A stretch of 61,255 nt of DNA, filler included, from Sphacelaria rigidula (lineage: Eukaryota): NCBI GenBank assembly GCA_964200075.2. It is 10 parts of 10 records of this genome, joined end to end, with 100 filler letters (N's around TTAATTAATTAA, not from the genome) between each part and the next. Parts side by side here need not be neighbours in the genome. Positions count along the whole stretch, not along the records: positions 1 to 6,036 come from CAXNAA020022648.1; positions 6,137 to 12,172 come from CAXNAA020022649.1; 8 more parts are not named here. One strand, written 5' to 3'. The notes beneath the pieces were generated by a model. That model saw only the letters and a list, made by a program, of their open reading frames with translations, did not search any database and was not told the origin of the DNA. Shown here one piece after another: positions 1 through 11,853 of this stretch (its first letter is position 1; the number at the start of each line of letters is the position of its first letter). The position numbers were made by a program, and so were the translations under genes.

Positions 1-270
1 CCCCCCCTCAAAGTAAAGGAAAAAAATGATGCCCGATGTCGTCAGTTACCCCAGGAATCCAGCATTTTTCCAGCACACGCTTGTACCCTCCATTGTCCCC
101 CCCCCTTCCCAACATTCGTCTTCCCCGTAGCTTTTCCTACGTACCTGACGCTCCGTACCAGGCGCTTCCCCTCGTCCCTCGACGAAGCCCTGAGTCCGTA
201 CTGCCGAGAAGCGGAATGCGACTTGTACCAGTAAACAACGTCGACGGGAATCAGGAGGGATAGGGGGGGT

Positions 271-315
271 GTACTCATGATCATGCATGCCATCGTCATA
301 AGACCATTGACCTCG
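271..315 (-). mobile_element. 5'-truncated 3' end of the C-tailed retroelement (partner type)
   Basis: G run followed by GTACTCATGATCATGCATGCCATCGTCATAAGACCATTGACCTCG, matching the start of 59182-59484. Confidence 0.8.
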
Positions 316-2571
316 TGTGTATCGGAGGGGACGTATAAAGACAGCAATGTTTCTTTGGTGATCAGGAAAGAAAAAAAAAAACATATTTTTCGTGTCACTT
401 GTTCGTTGAACTCGTACTTGTGATACATGAGGAAATTGCATGGATAAAACCGCGGGATCCCACCGTGAAAGCCACGCCTCAAAAACAAATCTACTGACTT
501 CATGGCCATGAGATTTTCATCAACACACCCATTTCCTCCACGCCCCACGGTACATACAGAAAGTCGGACCCTTCCTTACTTTGATGTTTCAATCATGGTA
601 CTCTTGTGCCTACCTATCCACGGTATCCATTATTCCTATAAATGGGGAAAGGGGGGGGGGGTTGTCCCGGCCGTGAGTTGGGCGACCAGAGAAGATGATA
701 AGAGCGATGTTTAATGTCTGGTCTGGGGGGATGTATCGTAGCACAAACTTGACCTCGTACTTAGTGAAAGAATTGAATATGCATAAAAACAAAGCGCAAG
801 GACGTGTGTTGTCGCCGTTGATGTAAATATAAATGTGTGGCACGACAGTATGGAAGGAAAATGGACATGCTACGCTAATCACAAGAAAAAATAGTGATGA
901 AAAAAAAAATGTAACGATGAAAAATTTTGCAGTGTGTACACAGCATAATAATGACATGTACAGCATTGCTTCAAATTGTCCAGAGTGAATGGTGTCGATT
1001 GGATAAGATAACGCTCGAGGGAGGGATTTCATCACATGATAACAACGAAGAGTTTCGACGACTATAATAGAGCGACGACAGCCCATCCATCCTTGTCCCA
1101 TCTCGATGATGCTCGTGGCCAATTGCTGTTGACTGTACTGGAACTTGCACTGTGAAGGGGTACCGTTGGTTGTTGAGGTTGGTTTGGACATTATTCCTCC
1201 TCAAAGCGCATCAACGCAGTAGACGAGCCATCAACGATAGCAACACACATGAGAACATGCGTACACAGATACATCTTCTGCCTATTACGCGTAGTTTGGC
1301 TGTGTTCTATCCACGTCTTGTCCAACAACTTGATCCCCCTGGGGACCGCGAAAACTCATTTCGGAATAAAACCGCTGGGAAGCTCCCCTCCGTTTGCAAC
1401 CCCCCCCCCAAAAAAAAAAAAAACAGCATACCTACTGCGTCTTCAAACTCTGCATCTCCCTCTCTATGATTGCTTTATCTTGCTTTGTTTTTTGGAGTCT
1501 CAGAAAAACCCGCGTAAATAAGCGTTCCAACCTTCATGTGAGGAAACACTATTATAGTGACGGTATAGGAATGGCGAGCCTACGTCTGTGACAGTGGGTT
1601 CGAGAGATCGCTCGCTAATGTGCGGAAACAACAAGAATAAATTTCTGTGCGGTAGCCCCTCCTTGGCTCGTGAGTGATCAACAACCAAAGCAACAGCACG
1701 GGGGGTCCCAGCGTAGTACGGTGGGTCGCTAGCCCGGTATGACCGCACTATCCTGGAAGTCTGTTTTGCACTGGTATGGTGCAGTTGATTAACCTCATAC
1801 TACTGTTGTAGCATATCGGACTTGTGTGACAAAAATGATCTTGACCGCACTGATGCGAGATCCCGCATACTGGAGGACCGCTGTGACGGGAACCGCACTG
1901 GAGTTGCTCTTCACATTTTCTTCTCCCAGTGATCTGTCTACCCGGGATCCCGCACTACACACCGACATTCGGCACTCGAAAGGGCTGTGATCAAAACTCA
2001 CTCGTCAGCGCCCGTGCGAGAGAATTGGAGGCCCATATCACCAGACTCGCTCGAACCGCGAGCATCGCACCGTACGCCTGCTTTTGCCCCCCGGGCACTC
2101 GCGAGTACTGTCCGCCGGCCGACACTTCGGCAATTCCGCCCAACAGACTGTCTCGAGGAACGCGTACATGATGAAATCTTCATTTCATTTCGTATCGGAC
2201 GAACACGTACGGATCGGGGGGGGAGGGGGGGGGGGAGTGACTTGAAGTTGTTCCTTGATACTGTTGAGAGAGGGTTACACGATTTTTCTACAAAATTCAG
2301 GCATATTTGTCCTTCCCTCTCCTCTCCTCTCCTCTCCTCTCCTCTCCTCTCCTCTCCTTTCCCTTTATTTTTTCTCATGTTGTATTTGGAGAAAATAAGG
2401 TAGACTCTTGAACGGCACAACTTTCCAGTTTCCACAGTAAGGCACCTCAAGATAAGGACGGACGAACTGACTGTATGAGACAAGCAAGCGAAAAAGCAAA
2501 CAAACTACAAGATCGTACTCGTACACGAACGAGATGTGCACGCAGCAGCAGCAGCAGCAGCAGCAGCAGAC

Positions 2572-2771
2572 CTGCAGAACCCGTTGTCGGAGCTGTTAAA
2601 GCCCAACTTCGGACCGATGTCGCCTATCGCCACGCCCGGCAGCGGTCGGTGGTCGCTCATGCTCCTGAGCTGGATGAAGAACGGGTGCACCCCCATGGCC
2701 TTCCCGCCCAAAACCAGCTGCGCCATGAGCACACAGTGTGTTGCCGTCTTGCCCAGGCCACCAGGCCACCA
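2572..2771 (-). CDS. Internal exon of peroxisomal acyl-CoA oxidase (ACX/ACOX1-like, middle domain)
   Basis: CAG acceptor after a pyrimidine tract and GT donor bound a 200-bp exon encoding WWPGGLGKTATHCVLMAQLVLGGKAMGVHPFFIQLRSMSDHRPLPGVAIGDIGPKLGFNSSDNGFC. KWWPGGLG and GDIGPKxGxxxxDNG are acyl-CoA oxidase signatures. Confidence 0.93.
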
Positions 2772-3824
2772 CTGCATGCCAGAACGACGAGCGTATGAAA
2801 GACAAGTAGAAAGGAAGGAAGGGGAGAGCAGAGATTCTGACATCAAATTGAAGGGCTGTATGTATACATTCCTCAAACATTAACATATACACCACGCAGA
2901 CATAATAGGCTTGGCAACGAACTCAGGGTAGTTCTCCGGTATTCCAGACCAAAGTTTTGCCTACTCAATTCTGACCCAAAATCGAGAAAAATAAAATATT
3001 CCGACTGTAAATTGGGTGAGGACGCCGAAAGCGAGGTGCCTTTTTCGGTATGAACTCTTATTTCATTGGAAAATGACTGCCGGAAAAAAAAGTTCGCACC
3101 GCCAATTCGGGGTATTCAAGGCATGTAATAAACAAAGGAACCCCGGGAATCGAATCTATGCTATCGCAATAGGGGGATAATGGTGATAAGCGGCCGAATC
3201 GGGCGATGTCAGTCTTGGGCGTACACCACTTGAAGCTTTTAGCACATCGACCGACGGATCCTGCCCAATTCATTCAAATTTACAACAACCCGAGGGCTCA
3301 AGTTGCCCCGCTCGGGTGTCAGTACATTCAAACACCTCATAAAGTGTCAAAAATTAATTGCATGGCAAGTACGACTACATGGAAAGCATCTTCAAAGCAT
3401 TGATGCCTCATGTGGAGGTTGGGCCCATGGTCTTTCCAGGGATAGGAACGCAGCCGTCTCCGGGGGTGGTTTCCCCCGTTTCCTGTCCTGTGGCAAACGA
3501 GCGCTACTTCTCCTGACGATGCTCAGGAATACACAATGAGAGCGTCGATGTTTCGACGATACCTTTCATGCCGTCACGAGCATCATGTAGTTCCAAACGG
3601 TCAACACTTAAATAACACCCCCCAGGTTGGGGGGTTTGGGGGGGGGGAGTTGTGTTCATCTCATGGTCGGGGGAGAAGGAGAAGGGTGGTTTCGAATCAG
3701 AAGGGACGGTGCATACGTTCCACTGACCACTTGCGTGTTCAGGGGCCTCGTCATTTGCCTTTAGCAAGCCCTGACGATAAACCATGATCTCAGCGCCTAC
3801 TTAGGAAGAGGGGGGGGAGGGGTC

Positions 3825-3888
3825 GTACTCATTTGTTGCTTGCCTCATAACAGTCGCTCAACCATTGGCCATGCATCCCTTCCGAGAC
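3825..3888 (-). mobile_element. 5'-truncated 3' end of the C-tailed LINE
   Basis: G run then GTACTCATTTGTTGCTTGCC...CATTGGCCATGCATCCCTTCCGAGAC, homologous to the LINE end at 18607-18670. Flanks are loosely duplicated (CTTAGGAAGAGG / CTTGGGAAGGAG). Confidence 0.75.
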
Positions 3889-5000
3889 ATTCTTGGGAAG
3901 GAGATAAAAACAATATATTCCCCGGGTTGTATGCAATCCTGCTAAGTAAAACAAAAGGTGATACTACTGAGGTTGAGTTTCATTGGTACCAGTCACGCGT
4001 TTGGATTAATCCTTTGTCCAGCCGCAAATGGCTCAAACGTCGGATAACACCCCCTTTGCGCTGAGATTGCTCAAGGAGGGCATGCAGTGATTTCATCCGC
4101 AGGAAAGGGGATGAGGGGAGAGGGCGGTCACAAGGGAATGATTTGTGGTAGATACGCTCTAACGATACCCCCCTCTGTTCGGGGGCATCGATTTCATGTG
4201 TAAATGCTGATGTATCTGGCGAAACCGCAGATAAACACCCTTCACCATGTCTGGGCAGAGGATGGGGCGATTTCATCTCCGGGTGGAAAGAAACGGAGGG
4301 GAGGGATGGTTTGTTGTTTACACGTTTTATCGATGCGTTTTTGTGTTCAGGCACATCGTCGTTAATGTGAAACAGGCCAAAACGGTAGATACCACCCGTA
4401 TGACAATCGATTATTGGGGGGGATGCGTCTATAACACCCCTGGATAGGGAAATATTTCATTCTTCACTATTTTCGTATTTTACGTACCATTCGCACGGCA
4501 TAGGCCAATACGGTGGATACCTCCCCACAATTTACGAAAGGAAACACCCCCGGGGACAGCTATTTCCTCGGTCTCCTGCGCTACCATGCACCCTTCCCCC
4601 ACATGTAACTTCACCGATGTTTTTTTTCATATACCGTCACATTTTGACATTTTGACATATTTTGGGCTCTTGACGAGTTCCCTAGTGTATTAAACTCGCG
4701 AAACAAAAAACGTGGCCTGGAATAGCAGAGAATTATCCTATACAGTACGAACCGTGAAGCTTCTCCGCACAGCGAGCACCATACCAAGTCGGTATCAACA
4801 GGCCTTACTAGGTACCCTCTCCCTCCCCCCCTCCCTCCCTCCCCCATCCCTTCCCCGCGCGCGCCTGCTTCCCCAATAAGCACTGACTACGTCAGCCAGC
4901 AAAGAAAACACCCGTATAACCCTCAAAGAGGAAGGGAAAGAACCGACGGTTGTTGCAATTGTCGACGGGTTATTTAATTTATATAAAGTAGAGGGGGGGG

Positions 5001-5121
5001 TACCCACTTGTTACCTGCCTTCGTCGTTTGACCATTGACCACGCATCCCTTTCCAGACGGAGCACATATAAAGGAGGGGAGAGTGTACCCATGATCATGC
5101 ATGCCATTATCATGAGACCAT
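5001..5121 (-). mobile_element. Two adjacent 5'-truncated C-tailed retroelement ends (5001-5063 LINE type, 5085-5121 partner type)
   Basis: Each begins after a G-rich run. The flank motif TAAAG(G/T)AG.GG appears three times (about 4983, 5069, 5122), as expected for serial TSDs. Confidence 0.78.
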
Positions 5122-6036
5122 TAAAGGAGGGAGGGGGGGGGGGGCAAGAGATTAAACTATGCGAAAAGAAGTAAACGAACAGAAGTTTCCAACGTAACAT
5201 TAAGGTGGATCGTACAACTAACTAACTAACCAACTAACTGACTAACTAGCTAACGAACAAACTGCAAGCTGGGTTCTTGCCTGAATGCAAAGCGTCGTGC
5301 TGATCGATTATTTCCCCCCTTCAGGATACCTGGCTAATATCAGGTATACTTGTATTTCAATAGTGACTACCCGGGATACTGTAACACTGAACATTTAAAT
5401 AGACAAAATCTGCAGAGACGTGTGCACATCAAGACTTTCTTTTTTCCGTGAGAGATTGAACGAATGTGCGGAAATACTAATAATAATAATTAATAAAATC
5501 CCCTTCAGGTGAGTCACGTCAACTCATCGCAAAATTTACATGAGCAAGCGAGCAAACACCAGGCGGGGCAACGCTTCTGCTTCGAAGTACTTGATGTTTT
5601 GCTTCACATGAAAGAAAAACCTCACGATTATGTTATTTCGACGACAACAGCCAAAAGTTCAAGTTAGAAAATAGAGGTCGACAAATGTTTTGTCGCACTT
5701 CAGGATCAGGACGGGAGGGGAAAAAAGCCAGCAGCGGCACAAATTCACATCCTGGACAGAAGAAAATACAGTATTAGAAAATGTACTGCGTACAGTATCG
5801 ACTACTGCGTCTATTGCGATATACAATATATTATATACTGTACGCAGTACACTTTCAGACAATGTAATCCGTTGTCCAGGGTGTGCACAAATTCATCCTG
5901 AAGTCCGAGGTTTCGTGTCAGAACTCAGGATGGAACGAACAGGAATCACCAACACCCTTACCACCACTGTCACATCCAGTTCAAAATCAAATTACTTTTT
6001 TTTTCCCCTCACACTTTGAACCCCTCCCCTTCCTCG

Positions 6037-6136
6037 NNNNNNNNNNNNNNNNNNNNNNNNNNNNNNNNNNNNNNNNNNNNTTAATTAATTAANNNNNNNN
6101 NNNNNNNNNNNNNNNNNNNNNNNNNNNNNNNNNNNN
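6037..6136. other. Artificial scaffold linker (first of nine)
   Basis: 44 N + TTAATTAATTAA (stops in all six frames) + 44 N. Identical linkers at 12173-12272, 18309-18408, 24445-24544, 30581-30680, 36716-36815, 42851-42950, 48986-49085 and 55121-55220. The pieces between are 6036 bp (first five) and 6035 bp (last five), i.e. size-sorted unrelated scaffolds. Confidence 0.98.
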
Positions 6137-6509
6137 TGCCGCCGCGGCTGAACAACCCTAACTAATGACAGTAGCAGACGCGATAACAACGCGTCACGGA
6201 ATCCAGGGTCTACGAGTAGAACCGCACAGCGTATATCTTGCAACGCCTCTGAGCTTCATCACAGAGGAGCTTCCTCTCTGTCGTTGCTTCTCTCTCTGGT
6301 GATATCGTCATCGACACGCGTGCACACCGCATTCGTTAGGTGTACCTAGCCACAGCTGTTAAAGTGCTGCGGATATTCGGGAGAGAAGATGGCTTCGCTC
6401 GGTCGTAAGTGTTTCACGTGATTCCTGCAAAAAAGAAATGCCGCTTCAACCTCATTTTTGGGATGGACTCCATTTTTCAGGATCCGCTGTTATTTGTCGG
6501 TTAGCGATT

Positions 6510-7940
6510 CATCGTCGTTAGCGATTTATCGTCTTCGTCTTGCGTATGAAGTGGTACGAGAACAGAACCAAATAAATTTGGCCAAGGTGGCCAGGACGAA
6601 CTCGGTGTTGGATGATGCGGTACATAACCGCCCGGTGTGGAAGGTAGGCCAATGGGCATGGGTATATGACGGTGTGAAGACCATCAATCAAGGGGTTAGG
6701 TCAAAAACATCCTCTTTGAACAAAGTGCTGAAAGCGAAACTTTTCTTCAATTGGACTGGTCCTTGGGGAATTTTTGCTGTTGGCCCAAGCGCTCCCGTAC
6801 CCGACAGAAGTCCGGTGGGAGCGAAACTTTTGTGTTTAGGTTTTCCCACGGATGAATCTGGCTTGAAACCGAAAAATCAAGTCTCGATGCTACGATGCAA
6901 ACCGTGTATTCCCCCTCATGACTCCTCGGACATGCCCAAACGATTGCCGCCGGGGCTTAGCCAGTATGTAACAATGATTTCGTGAGATTGAGAGCAGAAG
7001 ATACGATTGAGAGTGAGAAACGGCCAATTAGTGAATCAATCGTTTCAGTCCCGAAATACCCCTTCACGAGACCCAATATGCTTCCTGTAATAGCTCGCCA
7101 CTGAGGCCCTTGATACCTCTGAGTAGGATGTCGACGTGTAGCTGTAAGCACACGCTAGTGGTGGAGGCAAAGAAAAGCAAACACGGAATTAAAAAATGGC
7201 CAACTCGAAGCGAATAACCGAAGCCACTCTCAATCAGCGCTCTACTCTCAATCTCACGAAAACGTTGTTATGTTTTGACCACGTATGCGATCAAAACTCC
7301 TTCGTATCATATGACGGTCGAGGATGCGGACGTACCCTTGGAACGTGTTGCGGTAGATCAGACTTCGGGCCATCAACTGGTCCGCGGCCGTGGTGGTAAG
7401 ATAGCGGTGATGTAGCGAACACATTGGAAGGGTACCATGCGCGTTAGATGGGAACGTGAAGTTGACTTGTGTCATTTTCGTCGGGAAATATTGCCGTACT
7501 GGGTATGAGATGCCGTCCAACACCGCCCGTTGAATAAGAGATATAGGTCGATGCGCAAGGGAGCTGCCGCTCGGGAACTGGCACGTGAGTACCCAGTACG
7601 GTTTGTCGAAGCAGGATATAGCCTTCTTTCGCGTTCACAATACACGCATTCTTTTCACGGACAACGTTTGCCGAAGGGGGCGTATTTTTGGTATCAGGCT
7701 TTGGATTCACTGTGGTGGTTGGGTAAGATTCATTTGGTCGATCCTGCATCTGACAACTCCTACTTTATCCGTTTTCTCGATGACCCGAGCCCCATTAAGC
7801 TTCCCTTGGATGATGCCTACTACACCGAGGTGCCGACCTCTCGCCGGGGATCCTGGTGCCTTCAACGTCACGACCAAGGTGGTCTCGACACAGCCGTTTT
7901 TCGCAACACGGACACCGCTTGGGATGCAGAAGACTCATGA
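6510..7940 (+). pseudogene. Degenerate Ty3/gypsy pol C-terminus: integrase GPY/F region, chromodomain-like and Tudor/PWWP-like modules
   Basis: RLRLAYEVVRE...WKVGQWAWVY...KLFFNWTGPW (GPY/F-like), then GHQLVRGRGGKIAVM*RTHWKG..WEREVDL (chromo-like, in-frame stops), then YFWYQALDSLWWLGKI...YFIRFLDDP. Interrupted by a MITE at 6970-7269. Confidence 0.82.
6970..7269. mobile_element. 300-bp MITE with AACA...TGTT termini and 4-bp TSD ATGT
   Basis: TIRs AACAATGATTTCGTGAGATTGAGAG / CTCTCAATCTCACGAAAACGTTGTT. ATGT at 6966-6969 and 7270-7273. Removing it restores the gypsy frame QYVLTTYAIKTPSYH. Confidence 0.88.
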
Positions 7941-10339
7941 TGCCGCATGAGAGTCTGCTTCCTCATTCACCTTGCGTGTTCCATGTTCGAGTCGCTTGTC
8001 TTGCGCCGTAGCGTCGTCGGAAAGCCATATGCCCCCCCCCTCCCCCCCTTCATTTTTTTTCCCGTACTACTGTAGCCCCATTCCTCTAGTGGTTGTATTT
8101 TGTATTTTGTATTTGTTTGTTTGGCTTTGAACCCTGTCTTCGTGTTTTGTGTTTGTCTTTTTGTTCTTCTTCTTTTTGTTTTTTTTTCGTCACGTGTTTT
8201 GTTTTTTTATTTTTGTTTTTGATATATATGTGTGTGTGTTTATTTCTGGATTCATATGTCGGAGTATTACATGACGACCGTTCCACGAAAATTCCTGACC
8301 CCAAGTCTGGAACACTTGAACCTTCGCCCTCCGCCCCGTAAACTCGCGACTATCCCGTATACTGGAACAGTTGTCATGAGTTGTTTTCTTCTCCTTCTTC
8401 GTTGTGAGCACTTTTTCGTCTTGTTTTTTCTATTATGCTGTTTCTTTTCTTTGTTTGTCTTATCGGTCGAGAGTTTCTGGAGCGAGTGCTAGACATACCT
8501 GACCCCCCCGTCTCGAATATTTCTTTTTTGTCCAATCGCTCCGTACACGAATACCGCCTTCGTCTTCGGGATCGGTTGAAAGGTGTCTTCTTTTGTGTGT
8601 GTTCCACGTTGGGTTGTATATTACCGTGGGTGGTAGTATCCGAATTCGAGAGCCCGATGTTTTTTCACCTTCTTAGCTGAAATACTCTACCCCATTGCTT
8701 CGTACACGCGACAACCGCTTCCGTTTACAGGGACGGTCGCCACGTGTTCTTTTTCTGCTTCATTTTACGGTTATTTTGTCTTCGCTGTTGCCAAGCGTAC
8801 TCCTGATTTTGTGTTTGCTTTGTTTTTGGTTTTTGCGTTTATATTTTGGGAATTTCGCAATGAGTGTTCCAACGTTTCCAACCCTCGAGTCTAGAACATT
8901 TGGCCTACTTTTCTGCGAGTCCTGTACACGTGCGACCGACCTCGTTTATAGGGTCACGTGTAATGCAACGCAACGAATGATTTACACTTTGGTGATTGGT
9001 AAGATACAACGTGGTCACAGCTGACCGCGTCGTACGTTATGATGTTGAGGAATTGTCATTGAAGTCGTGGTAAAATTTGTTGCAAACGTTTCCTCATACA
9101 GGATCATTTCGTATCATTCTAGGATAGATTACTCTTCCGGAACCGACCGTACCGCTATGTCGATGTTTCGACCATTGGTACAGCCTACAGGCTCAGAGTC
9201 CTCCACTTGCTGTTGTCTTATCACTGCCTAAGTCAATTATTGCGTACGGTTACCCGCCTCTGAAATCGGTGTGGTGGTGTTTTGTTTTTATGAGGGGTTG
9301 TTGAGTGACGATACGACGTGACGGTAAGCCCGGCTGGGGGTTTTCCTTCAGTTGGAGCCAGCGAACCAGATCGTCTTCGTCCGAACGGGCAAGTACCGTG
9401 AGAAGTGGACTGCGTTGGCCCTCTCTCTCCGTGTAATTGTCGTGGTTCAGAAACGTGTTGGGCGATCCGCTTCGGATTTATCTCTGATGGTTGTGCATAA
9501 TCCAATTGCGTTTTTTTCACGTGAACGAATAATCGACCCTCAAACCGGCCGACTGTCTTCGTGTATCGTTTGTTTGAAAAAAACAAAACTGTACGACTGG
9601 ATCCTCAACCAGACGTATTTAGCGACGCGTTGCACTTTCATACCCATGTACCGACAATTATCTCACGATGATCGAGTTACCTTGTCCGTATCATGCGTAT
9701 TTCATTTTTTTTTTAACGTGTGGTTCTGGCGGGAAACTTTCTGTTCCGCGACGAATCAGGTATACGTTGTTGATTTTGCTGGTTGACTGAGACGAGTGAC
9801 TAGCATATACTGGTTATTGTAGTGAGATAATGCCTTGACGGGCTCGCTCGTTTTTTTACCAATGAAACTGAATAATCCGGAATTCCAGAAAAGAGTAACC
9901 TTTTCTGAATATGATATAGTTGTGGCGGGGTATGATGATCGTTTCGATGATTGGCCTCTGATTTCCCATGATTCTCCCTGAAATGCTCCAGCATTTGAGG
10001 ACACTGCATCTTTCGGTTAATCACTTTGTTTGTTTGTTTTTTCTCATCTTTTTATCCTTGATTTCCCATGATTGCCCCTGAAATACGCACGGAAATTGAG
10101 GACACTGCATTCTTGTATATCGTTTCGAGTTTTTTCAACACTGCATTCTGTATATCGGTTAGAATATTTCTTCCTTTGCCTTGTTTTTGTGTTTGTGTGT
10201 GTTTTGTGTTGGTCGTACCTTGTCGTTCCCCGAAGACTCCTTGAACTTTAAGATTAGTCTCAGTTTTCTGTGGTGTGGGAGTGGTGTGGGAGTGGTGTGT
10301 CTCGATACACTTTCGTTCCTTCGAAAAAGGAACTGCACT

Positions 10340-10800
10340 TGTCACGAGCCGGGATGGGTTAATGTGATGTTATATGACCGCGTGCGAGAGTTAAACTAGC
10401 ACCGTGGGGTATAACGATCATTTTCACAAACGACCGGCGAGTAAGAGAAGAGGATCCTAGTCGAATGTGTGTTTGTGTAAAATAGAAATTGGATTATTGC
10501 GTGGTTGATTTGGCGTTTTGAGTCTGTGCAGGATCGGTCATATAGGGCACACTCCTGCCAACGCTTGATTGGCTGGAGGCACGCGCCAGCTGATTTTTGT
10601 AATATTGCAGCTGTATGCGTGGCCACGAAACTTGTTTTTGCCGTGGTCGTCGCTTCTCCCCCCCTGCTTACTTGTGCTCACGGACCCAACAGCTGATATC
10701 TTTTGGATATATACGAAGAGCCTTCAAGCATCGCCTGCCCCGCTGATCTCTCCAACCATATTGGGTCTTCAAGTCCACGGCCAACCGACGTAAGTTTGTG
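10340..10800 (+). mobile_element. Possible 3' LTR start of the upstream gypsy element (right boundary unknown)
   Basis: TGTCACG after a weak purine tract (GAAAAAGGAA), downstream of pol and a long T-rich 3' region. No second LTR in this scaffold to confirm it. Confidence 0.3.
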
Positions 10801-11228
10801 AAGCTGTGTTTGTACTATAATCCCCCTTCCTTCGCCTCATCAACCGATTGTAATTATCTGAAGGCTTGGTGTGGAACTCCCCAAAACAGCAGCTATTTGG
10901 GTGCCTAAGCAGAGAGCCTCCGGCCGCGTATCACGAGTTGAACACAGCACTAGCTTGTCTACATCCCTTCCTTGGGGAGCGGCTTGTTGTGCTACTGCTA
11001 ATACTCTAGCAGGCTCTCATTCTGCGAGTAGTCCCCCATCTGTCCAACCCCCCCCCCGCCGCCGCCGCCACCGCCCCGAGGCCACCCTCGGATGTTCCTG
11101 CACTGTCAGCTTGTGAAATAGTTTTGAGGCGACGCTCGCTGTCGCAGGGTTAAGACCATCTTTTATGGCAAACAACGATCTCGATGTCTACGCAGATGGG
11201 GGGGGGGAATTCAGGGAAGGCATTTTAT

Positions 11229-11853
11229 TAGAGTTGTGAACTGGCTGCTAGCTTAACTGGTCAGTTACAGTTAGCTGGTACAACTGGTTAACTGACCGGT
11301 TTCGTAACCAGTTGAACCAATTGTTTCACTCGACACATGTGTCATACTCCCAAAGCGTTTTGTGTAAACGTGTCATTCTCATATCAACATTTCCGAAGTA
11401 TTGCCGCACTACAATGACCGTGGGGATGCTGTTACAAGGGCGACGACATGACCGCGCGGCGCTTATACCTAGACGCTATGTATGGTGCACTACTGTCTCA
11501 CCGCTTCGCTTTTATAATTCACGTCGAGAGGTTCAGTGATATATGTATATTTTCCCATGCATGTATGCTTTTGTGCACTGATTACGTGCTCGAATTGCTG
11601 GCGCTAGGGAGCTAGATAATTTACCGCGATTTTGAAGAGATGTGAAGCCAAATGGCTTAATTTTTATATCTACGGCGGCCCCTTACCAGCCGGGGGGGGG
11701 GGTTAGGCGATTTCGCCGCTTTACCTTACCAGGCAACGCTGGCGGAGTCGCGAGGCGGCTTCACCGCCAGTTATCCAGTTTCAAGTGGTACCTATAACTG
11801 GTTGCATTTTTCTACAACCAGCTGACTGATTAGCCAAACCAGTTCCCAACTGT
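11229..11853. mobile_element. Degenerate hAT-like MITE
   Basis: Ends TAGAGTTGTGAACTGG / CCAGTTCCCAACTGT. 8-bp flanks CATTTTAT (11221-11228) and CATTATAT (11854-11861) match 7/8. Subterminal AACTGG/CCAGTT repeats. Confidence 0.65.

Noticed and set aside
1795..2001. Next acyl-CoA oxidase exon (FDH...)
   Set aside because: Lacks the expected VRIPR continuation and a proper acceptor.
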